A program made the translations under genes and the position numbers. Below the pieces are notes generated by a model. That model was not told the DNA's origin. It saw nothing but the letters and a program-made list of their open reading frames with translations, and searched no databases. This document shows positions 55,998 through 64,000 of a stretch of 64,000 nt of DNA, piece after piece; within the stretch, counting starts at the first letter, position 1; each line of letters opens with the position of its first letter. This stretch comes from Vulcanimicrobiota bacterium (GTDB lineage Bacteria > Vulcanimicrobiota > Xenobia > Xenobiales > JADMJV01), in contig JBFWNU010000002.1 of the NCBI GenBank assembly GCA_050250895.1, positions 791,659 through 855,658 of the forward strand, in the 5' to 3' direction.

Positions 55998-56848
55998 GTC
56001 GCCGGGTCCTAATTACCGGCTGTTCGAGCGGCATCGGTCAGGCCACAGCCCTACGCTTGGCCGGTGCCGGCTATACCGTCTATGCCAGCGCTCGCAAGCT
56101 GCAGGACCTGGAGGTTTGCCGGCAGGCGGGTTGCCGCTGTCTGACCCTCGACGTAACCAGTGAAGAGTCGATGGTCACGGCCGTCGAGGCAGTCGAGGGA
56201 GGGGTCGAGGTTTTAGTCAACAATGCCGGCTATTCCCTTTCGGGGGCCCTCGAACAACTCGACATGGCGGCCCTTCGCCGCCAGTTCGAGACCAATGTCT
56301 TCGGTCTGGTGCGGCTGACCCAACTGGTTCTGCCCGGCATGCGGGACCAGGGCTGGGGTCGGGTGATCAATCTCTCGTCCATGGGTGGCGAGCTGACCTT
56401 TCCCGGCGGAGGGGCCTATCATGCCACCAAGCACGCGGTCGAGGCCCTTAGCGACGCCCTTCGCTTCGAAGTGGCCGGCTTCGGCATCCAGGTGGTGGTG
56501 ATTCAACCCGGCCTGATTTTCACTGAATTTTCGGACCGAGTGGCCTCGCAAATGGAGCCGGACCCACCCCCGGGCCCTTATCAGAAGTTCCAGAAGGCCG
56601 TCCGGGACATCACCCAAAGCGCCTACACCACCGGTCCGATGGCCCGCTTCGGGGGACCGCCCGAGGCGGTGGCCGCCGTCATCGAAAAGGCGATCCGCGC
56701 TAAGAAGCCCCGCACGCGCTACCCCGTAACGGCTTCGGCCCACCTGATGATGCTGACTCGCTCGATGCTCAGTGACCGCCTATGGGACTTGATGATGAAG
56801 ACGATCTATCCGTCTCCCGTGAGCGATTCTCCCCGAGACGTGGTTTAG
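55994..56848 (+). CDS. SDR family oxidoreductase
   Basis: ITGCSSGIG, VNNAG, YHATK. Confidence 0.93.
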   Translation: MSRRVLITGCSSGIGQATALRLAGAGYTVYASARKLQDLEVCRQAGCRCLTLDVTSEESMVTAVEAVEGGVEVLVNNAGYSLSGALEQLDMAALRRQFETNVFGLVRLTQLVLPGMRDQGWGRVINLSSMGGELTFPGGGAYHATKHAVEALSDALRFEVAGFGIQVVVIQPGLIFTEFSDRVASQMEPDPPPGPYQKFQKAVRDITQSAYTTGPMARFGGPPEAVAAVIEKAIRAKKPRTRYPVTASAHLMMLTRSMLSDRLWDLMMKTIYPSPVSDSPRDVV

Positions 56849-57510
56849 CGACCGTCGAGGCGCGAGGGGAGGTCGGCGTAACTGGGGGCGGCCAGCGCGG
56901 CCAACCGGGCCTGGGTGGGGCTGATCGCACTGGGCACTGTCTGGCCGTCGCTTTCGAACGGCTTGCCGGCCTTGAGCGAGCGCTCATAGCGGCCTAGCAA
57001 GACTTTCGTGGCCGCATCCAGCTGGTAGAATTCCAGGCCGGCTCGGAAGGGGCGCGAAGCTTCGCTAAACCAGGCCACCCGAACTTTGCAGTCGAGGCCT
57101 TTGGCCAGTTTGAGGTTGAAGACCTGACCGGGCTGGAGGCGTTGGCTGGTCGCTACTTGCAGCCCTCCCACGCTGAAGTCGACGGTGGTGGCGGCGAGTG
57201 CCGAGCAGATCAGCGGCATGCGGTGGTTGAATCGCTCGGCGCAGCGCAGGCCGGCTCCGTTGGTGAGGGGCGGCACCAGGGTGCTGACCTCGGAGTTGTT
57301 CGAGTTGGCCACGCACAGATAGCCCCCGGCCGGAAGGGTGCGGACATGTTCGATCTTGACCCACAGGCGAACTGTGGCTCCCGAGCGTCCGGCTACGCGA
57401 ATCGACATCTCGCCGCCCCGCGCGGGCTGTTTCTTGCAGCGATAGACCAGGGTGTTGTCGATCCGCTCGATCAACTCCACCAGCGGCCCACCCATCAGCT
57501 TGTCAAACAT
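56845..57510 (-). CDS. PilZ domain protein
   Basis: RCAER...DFSVGG, RVAWF...AGLEF; start MFDKLMGG with GAAGG RBS. Confidence 0.82.
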   Translation of the reverse strand: MFDKLMGGPLVELIERIDNTLVYRCKKQPARGGEMSIRVAGRSGATVRLWVKIEHVRTLPAGGYLCVANSNNSEVSTLVPPLTNGAGLRCAERFNHRMPLICSALAATTVDFSVGGLQVATSQRLQPGQVFNLKLAKGLDCKVRVAWFSEASRPFRAGLEFYQLDAATKVLLGRYERSLKAGKPFESDGQTVPSAISPTQARLAALAAPSYADLPSRLDGR

Positions 57511-57647
57511 AGGTACCTTCCAATACAAACACCAACCTAGACCAGCAGCCTTAAAAAAAGTTTGCCAGCTTGTTACCGTCACCCCGGTTCGTTCTGCCAG
57601 AGGGTACCTTGCCAGCGAACCAGAATATCCAGGGTAGGAGGAGCCAG

Positions 57648-58436
57648 ATGTTGAGTCAGCTTTGGGATAACCCGATCTTCGTGCGCACTCGCCAGGTAGA
57701 GGAGCGCACTCTCGGGTCGGGAGCGCGCGCTTACCTTCAGCGATACGGCGCCGGTTTGGCGATTTTGTTCGGGCCGCTGGGGCTCTATCTGCTCTTTAGC
57801 ACCGACCATTGGTGCAACCCCGCCCGCGTGCTCGAGAGCCTGGGTGGACTGCTCAATTTCTCGGCCGTCTTGATGGTGCTGTATATCACCAGTCGGGCTC
57901 TCAACGGTACCTTCTCGGCTATCACCCTCGAACGCGAGCAAAAGACCTACGACACTCTGGTCTCGACCAATTTGACTGGCTCCGAATTGCTGTGGGGCAA
58001 GGCGGCTTCGGGCCTGTGGCCGGTGGTGCGCGAACTTTGCCTGGTGGCGCCGCTGGCTCTAGGCCTGGGGGTGCTGGCCGGCTATCCGGTCGAGGCGGTG
58101 GCTTATCTGGCGCTGTGCCTGGCCTGTCTGGGCTTCTTCGGAGCCACCGGACTGGCCATGTCGTACGCCTCCAACTCGACTCAACACGCGACTCGCCGGG
58201 GCACGGCTCTGGCCGGGTTCTTCATGCTGGGCGGCCCGATGCTGGACTGGTTTCTTTACGGCTTGACCCGCGGCGAGACTTTTACGCCGATGGCCACCTA
58301 CCTCAGCCCCCTGGCGGCGGCCATTTCGGTGCCCAGCAGTGAACTGTGGGCCGGCAGCCTGGTGCTCTACATGGTGGGCACGGTGTTGCTCTGGAAGATG
58401 CTCGGCAAGATGGCCGAGTCGGCGAGGGTTCGCTAA
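57648..58436 (+). CDS. ABC-2 type transporter permease-like protein
   Basis: AGGAGG RBS; NPIF, AITLEREQKTYDTLVST...LLWGK. Confidence 0.82.
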   Translation: MLSQLWDNPIFVRTRQVEERTLGSGARAYLQRYGAGLAILFGPLGLYLLFSTDHWCNPARVLESLGGLLNFSAVLMVLYITSRALNGTFSAITLEREQKTYDTLVSTNLTGSELLWGKAASGLWPVVRELCLVAPLALGLGVLAGYPVEAVAYLALCLACLGFFGATGLAMSYASNSTQHATRRGTALAGFFMLGGPMLDWFLYGLTRGETFTPMATYLSPLAAAISVPSSELWAGSLVLYMVGTVLLWKMLGKMAESARVR

Positions 58437-59272
58437 TGAAGCTGTTCGAGTCATTCAAGGCGTGGTTGGCCCGGTTGGCCGAGAACCCGTTCGTGGTGTC
58501 GGCCGCCCAGGTCGAGGCTCGGCGTTCTTCGCTCACCCGCTGGTTGAACGGCTATGGAGTTTATCTAGCCATTCTGGTCTTGCCGCTGAGTCTGTGTAGC
58601 AGCGCGGCCAGCCTGATGGAGGGCGACTCGCTAGAGGGGGCCGTGCGAGTGACCGCTGTGATCGTAGCTCTGGTCCAGGTGGTCTACGCCTCGATCCGAG
58701 CGGTGAGCAGCACGGCCACGACCATCGTCTCCGAGCGTCAGCGCGGCACGCTGTTGACCCTGGCGCTCTCAAAGATCAACTCGGCCGATTGCGCCGACGG
58801 GGTGGCCGCGGCTGGCGTGCGGCCGTTGTTGCGCGAGCTGACCATCCTTTGGCCCCTGAGCCTGCTGATCTGCCTGGCGGTGGGGGGCGACCTCTACTCG
58901 GCCGTCATGCTATGGGCGATCAGCTGTCTGATGGCGATCTTCTTTGCCTACAACGGTGTCTACTACTCGGCTATCTCTCGCGACGCGGCCCAGGCTAGCA
59001 ACAGCGGCCTGATGAACGTAGTGACCCTGCTCTTGCTGACCCCCTTCATCTTCTTGATGGGAGGCTTTCTCGCCGGGCCGCTGTGGCTGATCCACCCCTT
59101 TGCCGGTTTGAGCCTGGCCTTTTTCGGCCCCGGCCTACCCCAGGGCGGAGACTGGTTCAATTTGATGTTCATTCGCTGGTGGACGATCCTGGTGCTGCCC
59201 GTCTATGTGCTGATGATTCGGGACGCGCGCCGCCGAGCCACCCGGGCTCTCGAGCGCGTCACCCTCACCTAG
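58436..59272 (+). CDS. ABC-2 type transporter permease-like protein (paralog)
   Basis: TAATG overlap; NPFV, TIVSERQRGTLLTLALS. Confidence 0.8.
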   Translation: MKLFESFKAWLARLAENPFVVSAAQVEARRSSLTRWLNGYGVYLAILVLPLSLCSSAASLMEGDSLEGAVRVTAVIVALVQVVYASIRAVSSTATTIVSERQRGTLLTLALSKINSADCADGVAAAGVRPLLRELTILWPLSLLICLAVGGDLYSAVMLWAISCLMAIFFAYNGVYYSAISRDAAQASNSGLMNVVTLLLLTPFIFLMGGFLAGPLWLIHPFAGLSLAFFGPGLPQGGDWFNLMFIRWWTILVLPVYVLMIRDARRRATRALERVTLT

Positions 59273-59293
59273 ACCGTCCTTGGTTATCCAGCC

Positions 59294-60169
59294 GTGAAGC
59301 GGGCCGGAATTGGGCGAATGTTGGCCGGCCGCTACCGAGTCGAGCGTTTGCTGGGTGAAGGGGCGGCCGGAACCGTCTGGCTGGTCCGCGACACTCGCGA
59401 CAAGGGGTTAGTGTGGGCGCTCAAAGAGGTCGACTTCAACCTGCTCCCTTTCGACGAGCGGGACGAGGCTCGCAAACTGTTTCAGCGCGAAGCCAGCATG
59501 TTGATGCAGCTCAACCATTCTTGCCTGCCCAAAGTCGTGGAGCGGTTTTCTGAGGGCGGGGCCGAGTATCTGGTCATGGAGCGCGTCGAGGGCCCAACCC
59601 TGGCCTCGATTCTCAAGAGCGCCGAAGGACCCTTACCCGAGCACCAGGTGGCGGAATGGGGGGTTCAGATCTGCCTGGCGCTGGAGTACCTCCACGGCCT
59701 GAATCCGCCCGTGATCTATCGAGATCTCAAGCCCGCCAACGTGATGGTTGGAGTCCGCGGCCCCCTTAAACTGGTCGACTTCGGCATCGCGCGCCCGATG
59801 AACCCCGAGAAGCCGGGCGACACCACGGCCTACGGCACGCCTGGTTACGCTCCCCCGGAGCAGTACATGGGCAAGGCGACCCCCAGGTCGGACGTCTACG
59901 CCCTGGGGGCCACCCTTTATCAACTGGTGACCCGCTACGAGCCCGAAGAGTTCAGCTTCTCGTTTGCGGCCGCCCGCGAACTCAACCCCGAGCTGTCGCG
60001 CAACTTCGAGAGCTTGCTGGCCCGGATGCTCTCCAAGGCCGAGGCCGAGCGGCCGTCGGCGGCCGAGGTCCGTGAAGAGCTGATTCCGATCGCTACTCGA
60101 CCCCGTTCCTGGCTGGCTCGGGCGGCCGGTCGAGCCGAGCACTGGCTGCGCCACCGGGGTAAGATTTAA
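59294..60169 (+). CDS. Hanks-type Ser/Thr protein kinase (cytoplasmic)
   Basis: LGEGAAGTV, ALKE, YRDLKPAN, DFG, GTPGYAPPEQ. Confidence 0.93.
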   Translation: MKRAGIGRMLAGRYRVERLLGEGAAGTVWLVRDTRDKGLVWALKEVDFNLLPFDERDEARKLFQREASMLMQLNHSCLPKVVERFSEGGAEYLVMERVEGPTLASILKSAEGPLPEHQVAEWGVQICLALEYLHGLNPPVIYRDLKPANVMVGVRGPLKLVDFGIARPMNPEKPGDTTAYGTPGYAPPEQYMGKATPRSDVYALGATLYQLVTRYEPEEFSFSFAAARELNPELSRNFESLLARMLSKAEAERPSAAEVREELIPIATRPRSWLARAAGRAEHWLRHRGKI

Positions 60170-60205
60170 CAGTCCTATGATGCTCTCGGTTTACATAAGT
60201 CGAGT

Positions 60206-62185
60206 ATGCAAATTCGAGGGGCCAACCAGTCCATTCTCCACCGTCCGGCCGCGCCACGCTTGCGGGCACCGGTCGCTCCCCGGTCATCCGACCATTTTTC
60301 ACCTGGCCGCGACGCCGGTTGGGTTAGCGTAGGGCGCGTTCTCAACAGTCTGAACGCGACCCTGGCGGCCAGCGCCGGGGGAGGCCCGGCTGGATTGGCC
60401 CTGGGCATGGGAGCCCTCCAAACCCTGAGCCAGGTTCCCCAGGTCGGGGCCTTCGTGGCCACCGGACTGAGGCTCTTCGATGTCGACAAGGTTCCCAAAG
60501 TCGGGAATTTCGCCCTGCCTGCTCCCGCCAGGCCGCGACCCGCGCCGGCCAGACCGCAACCGAGTCTTGCCCATCAGGCTCCGCCCCGGGCCGGTAAGGC
60601 AAGGGCCATCGAGAAAGCCGAGCTGGGTCTCCCGGCCTCCGGCAGCGAACCGGCTGCGCCCAGGCGAGCCTGGATGAAGTTTGGAGTGATGGGTGCCCTG
60701 GCCGTGGCCGGCATCGGCGCGCCGCTGCTGGCCCAGGCCCCGGCCCCGCCGGTCGAGCCGGCCATGTCGGTCGAGGCTCCCCAGCCTTCCACCACCACCC
60801 AGGTTCGGGTGGACGGTTGGCGCCAGGGGCCCAACGACACCGTCGAGGGAATCCTGCGCAATCAGGGCTACTCCACCGGCGACATCTACTCGGCCAATCC
60901 AGCCGGCAAGACTTTGCTCGACCTGGTGCTCGAATCCAACGGACTTTCTCGGGCCGAAGCCCTTCAGGCCGGCCAGCAGCTGACCGTGCCCTTGCCGGGA
61001 CGCGAGGCCGCCCCCCCGCCGGCCCGCCCGGCTGTCGTGCGACCGGCTGCGCCAGCCGCTGTCGGCACGGCCGAAAACGTCGAGGTGAGAGTCGATCGCT
61101 GGCGCCAGGGTCCCAACGACACCCTCGAACATATCCTGCGCAATCAAGGTTACTCCCTCAACGAGATCTATCGTCAGGGCCCCGATGGGACCAACCTGCT
61201 CGAGCAGGTGGTCCACCAGAACGACCTGGCCGGACCGAACCAGCTGCGCGCCGGACAGACCGTTCGCGTGCCTGCCCACGGCAGCCAGAGGCCGTCGCTC
61301 GAAGTGCCCCGGGCGCCGGTAGAAGCCGAGCCTGAGCGTCCCGTCCAGGCTGAGCCCGAAAGGCCGGCTGCCGAGCCCGAGGCACCCGTTCAACGGGCAC
61401 CTCTGATCCAGCGCGAGACGACCAGGGTGCGCGTCGACCGCTGGGGCGAGGGACCCGACGACTCGATTTTCAGAATCCTGATGCATCATGGCTTTACCCG
61501 CAACGAGATCTTCCGTCACGACGCCACCGGGCGCACCATGATCGAGTGGGTGACCGAGTTCAACGGCCTCAAGCGACCGGAAGACCTGCGCGCCGGCCAC
61601 ATCGTGCAGGTTCCCTATCGCTCTATTCCGTCGCGAGAAGTTCCCGCTCCTGTGGTCCTCACCCCGGCCCGGCCCGAGACTCCGGTTCAAGCCGAGACTC
61701 CGGTTCAAGCCGAGACACCGGCTCAACCCGAGACACCGGCACAGCCGGAGACGCCAGTCCAGCCTGAGCGCCCGGCCGATCCCTTGGGTGAGCCCACCGC
61801 CGAGATGGGTCTTTTGCTCGACGGCATCACCCAGGGCAAGTTCACTCGTCAGGAATTTCAGTTCCTCAACTCCTATGCCAATCGCTACGAAGAGACGCGG
61901 GCTCGCTTCTCGGAGGGTGGCTTTACCAACGACGAGTTGCGCACGCTGGGCGCCTGGGAAGTGCGCTACGGTCAAGAATACGTCCGTCTGCTGCGCGATG
62001 ACAACACGCCCATCCACATCGCGCCCGGCGACTTGAACGACCCGGTGGTGGCTGCCCGCAACCGCATTCATGAAGAAGGCGGGCGTATCTACGATGGCTA
62101 CAAGGCCGGCAGTATGAACGCCGAACAAGCCGTGCGCGCCATGGTCAACCAGCGGGGAGCCTCGCGTCGCCTGGGCGGGCAGTAG
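60206..62185 (+). CDS. protein with three LysM-variant domains, internal hydrophobic segment and Pro-rich linkers
   Basis: Three VRVDxWxxGPxDxxxxIL...NxL...LxAGxxxxVP domains. Confidence 0.85.
   Translation: MQIRGANQSILHRPAAPRLRAPVAPRSSDHFSPGRDAGWVSVGRVLNSLNATLAASAGGGPAGLALGMGALQTLSQVPQVGAFVATGLRLFDVDKVPKVGNFALPAPARPRPAPARPQPSLAHQAPPRAGKARAIEKAELGLPASGSEPAAPRRAWMKFGVMGALAVAGIGAPLLAQAPAPPVEPAMSVEAPQPSTTTQVRVDGWRQGPNDTVEGILRNQGYSTGDIYSANPAGKTLLDLVLESNGLSRAEALQAGQQLTVPLPGREAAPPPARPAVVRPAAPAAVGTAENVEVRVDRWRQGPNDTLEHILRNQGYSLNEIYRQGPDGTNLLEQVVHQNDLAGPNQLRAGQTVRVPAHGSQRPSLEVPRAPVEAEPERPVQAEPERPAAEPEAPVQRAPLIQRETTRVRVDRWGEGPDDSIFRILMHHGFTRNEIFRHDATGRTMIEWVTEFNGLKRPEDLRAGHIVQVPYRSIPSREVPAPVVLTPARPETPVQAETPVQAETPAQPETPAQPETPVQPERPADPLGEPTAEMGLLLDGITQGKFTRQEFQFLNSYANRYEETRARFSEGGFTNDELRTLGAWEVRYGQEYVRLLRDDNTPIHIAPGDLNDPVVAARNRIHEEGGRIYDGYKAGSMNAEQAVRAMVNQRGASRRLGGQ
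61675..61768 (+). repeat. 18-bp tandem repeat (ETP[VA]Q[AP]) x5
   Basis: CGAGACTCCGGTTCAAGC and variants in tandem. Confidence 0.85.
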
Positions 62186-62224
62186 CCGGAAGGAAGCAGC
62201 GCCCCGGCCACAAAACTGGGGTCC

Positions 62225-63730
62225 ATGTTCTCCAAAGTCCTGATCGCAAATCGCGGTGAGATTGCCGTGCGGGTGTTGCGGGCCTGCCGTGAGTTGGGCG
62301 TACGCACCGCTGTAGCCTACGCCGCCGTCGACCGTTCCAGCCTGGCCGTGCGCCTGGCCGACGAAGCCTATCTGGTCGAGGGTCCCGACGCCAGGGGGGC
62401 CTACCTCAACATCGCCGGGATGGTTGAAGTGGCCAAAAGGTGCGGCGCCGAGGCGGTCCATCCTGGCTATGGCTTTTTGTCCGAGAACGCCGAGTTTTCG
62501 CGGGCTTGTCGGGAGGCCGGCATCGTCTTCATCGGTCCTAGTCCCGAAGTGATCCATCGACTGGGCGACAAGAACCAGGCGCGGGCCGCTATGGCCACCG
62601 CGGGTGTGCCGCTGGTGCCCGGCACCGATGGACCTTTGGCCGACGGTGACCAGGCCGTGGCCGAGGCCGAGCGGATCGGATATCCGGTTCTGTTGAAGGC
62701 GGCCGGTGGGGGAGGGGGCCGCGGGATGCGCCGGGCCCACAACGCCGACGAGGTGCGCTCGGGCTTTGAACAGGCTCGTCGCGAGGCCCTGGCGGCCTTT
62801 GGCTCACCCTCGATCTATCTCGAAAAATATATCGAGCGTCCGCGCCACATCGAGATTCAGATTCTGGGCGACAACTACGGCGAGGTGGTTTATCTGCACG
62901 AGCGCGAATGCTCGATTCAACGCCGTTTTCAGAAGATGATCGAAGAGGCTCCGTCGCCTTTGCTCGACCAGGCAACCCGCCGGGCCATGGGCGAGGCGGC
63001 CGTGGCCGGAGCCAGGAAGGTCGGCTATGCCGGCGCAGGCACCTTCGAGTTTCTGGCCGACGATGATCGCAACTTCTATTTCCTCGAGGTCAATACGCGC
63101 CTGCAGGTGGAGCATCCCGTGACCGAGATGATCACCGGCATCGATCTGGTCGAAGCTCAGTTGCGGGTGGCCGCTGGCGAGAGGATGTGGCTCCAGCAAG
63201 ACGAGATTCCCCTTAACGGCTGGGCCATCGAGTGCCGCATCACCTGCGAGGACCCCTTTGGCGGTTTTCGGCCCTGCCCGGGCAAGGTCGAAGCGGTGCG
63301 CTATCCGGCGGGGCCGGGCGTGCGCTTTGACTCTCACCTGTACCCCGGCTATGTGGTGCCGGTCGACTTCGACTCGATGGTGGGCAAGCTGATCACCTCG
63401 GGCGAGGACCGCGAACAGGCCCGCCGGCGCATGCTGGGGGCCCTCGACGAAATGGTGCTGGCCGGCTTTCCCAACTCGGTGCCCTTCCACCGGTTCGTGC
63501 TCAACCATCCGGTTTTTATCGAAGGTCATCTCTCCACTCACTTCCTGGACCAATACCTCGGCGAGTTCTCTCGCCAGGTAGACCAGGACACGGTCGACCT
63601 GGCCGCCGTGGTCGGAGCAATCGAGCGTTTTCAGGCCCAGGCGCCAGCGGGCGCCAACCAGGACCAGTATCCGGCTTGGCGCCGCACCGGTCTCGAGCAG
63701 GCCGTGGCCGGCCGAGGATTTAGCCGATGA
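62225..63730 (+). CDS. accC: biotin carboxylase subunit
   Basis: KVLIANRGEIAVR, HPGYGFLSEN, GGGGRGMR, ERECSIQRR, EVNTRLQVEHPVTE. Confidence 0.95.
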   Translation: MFSKVLIANRGEIAVRVLRACRELGVRTAVAYAAVDRSSLAVRLADEAYLVEGPDARGAYLNIAGMVEVAKRCGAEAVHPGYGFLSENAEFSRACREAGIVFIGPSPEVIHRLGDKNQARAAMATAGVPLVPGTDGPLADGDQAVAEAERIGYPVLLKAAGGGGGRGMRRAHNADEVRSGFEQARREALAAFGSPSIYLEKYIERPRHIEIQILGDNYGEVVYLHERECSIQRRFQKMIEEAPSPLLDQATRRAMGEAAVAGARKVGYAGAGTFEFLADDDRNFYFLEVNTRLQVEHPVTEMITGIDLVEAQLRVAAGERMWLQQDEIPLNGWAIECRITCEDPFGGFRPCPGKVEAVRYPAGPGVRFDSHLYPGYVVPVDFDSMVGKLITSGEDREQARRRMLGALDEMVLAGFPNSVPFHRFVLNHPVFIEGHLSTHFLDQYLGEFSRQVDQDTVDLAAVVGAIERFQAQAPAGANQDQYPAWRRTGLEQAVAGRGFSR

Positions 63731-64000
63731 AGTGGGTTACCTTCGTCCAGCAAGACAAGTCGGCGCTGGGTCAATTGCGTGACGGCCGAGTGATTGATGT
63801 GTCGGCCGGGCGCTGGTCCGATCTGGGAGCCTATCTGGCCGCAGGCGCGCCCGAGATCCGGGCTGACGGCCCTGACTACGCCTTGGAGGAAGTGCGCCTG
63901 GCCGCTCCCGTCCCGCGTCCGCCCAAGGTGGTGGCGGTGGGGCTCAACTATCGAGACCACGCCGAAGAGCAGGCCAAAGTCACTCCCGATTATCCGATGT
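63727..64000 (+). CDS. fumarylacetoacetate hydrolase family protein (partial)
   Basis: Own translation from ATGA overlap: ...LAAPVPRPPKVVAVGLNYRDHAEE. Confidence 0.85.
   Translation, partial: MKWVTFVQQDKSALGQLRDGRVIDVSAGRWSDLGAYLAAGAPEIRADGPDYALEEVRLAAPVPRPPKVVAVGLNYRDHAEEQAKVTPDYPM

Noticed and set aside
60299-62740. 813-aa minus-strand ORF and other long shadow ORFs (4005-5177, 6040-7110, 7160-8335, 13340-14458, 15007-16269, 23413-25482)
   Set aside because: Antisense to well-supported genes; expected in high-GC DNA; no recognisable motifs
1-64000. Mobile elements, prophage, tRNA/rRNA, defence systems
   Set aside because: No transposase, integrase, phage structural, cas or RNA-gene signatures recognised by eye

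Overview
GC-rich bacterial chromosome segment (diderm: TolC present). It is densely coding and I see no rRNA, tRNA, CRISPR array or transposase. The lineage guess is Eremiobacterota/Vulcanimicrobiota-like, inferred only from the kinds of paralogous families present. Recognisable loci: an M16 peptidase pair, FdhD plus FdhF/YdeP, SelO/YdiU, an 11-gene Mrp/Mnh antiporter operon with three D-type subunits, a minimal NRPS-independent siderophore cluster (2 IucA/IucC + MFS) with a DtxR/IdeR-like box, a MarR-TolC-EmrA-EmrB efflux operon, two Ser/Thr kinases, two PilZ paralogs, RluA, TsaC/Sua5 and AccC. The most unusual signals are: (1) seven unrelated proteins (nuclease, two LysM-variant proteins, a P450, small membrane proteins) that share a disordered, non-Sec N-terminal leader ending in a loose D-x-hydrophobic-x-x-S motif, plus a harpin-like protein, which together suggest a dispersed type III/flagellar-like exported protein set, several with 11-bp-phased TTnACA boxes upstream; (2) an insertion-expanded LysM variant in four copies; (3) an unannotated ~60-nt sRNA candidate with a perfect class-II CRP box, a -10 element and a terminator; (4) a modular AAGGAG/hairpin intergenic RNA candidate; (5) a P450 lacking both ExxR and the PERF meander.
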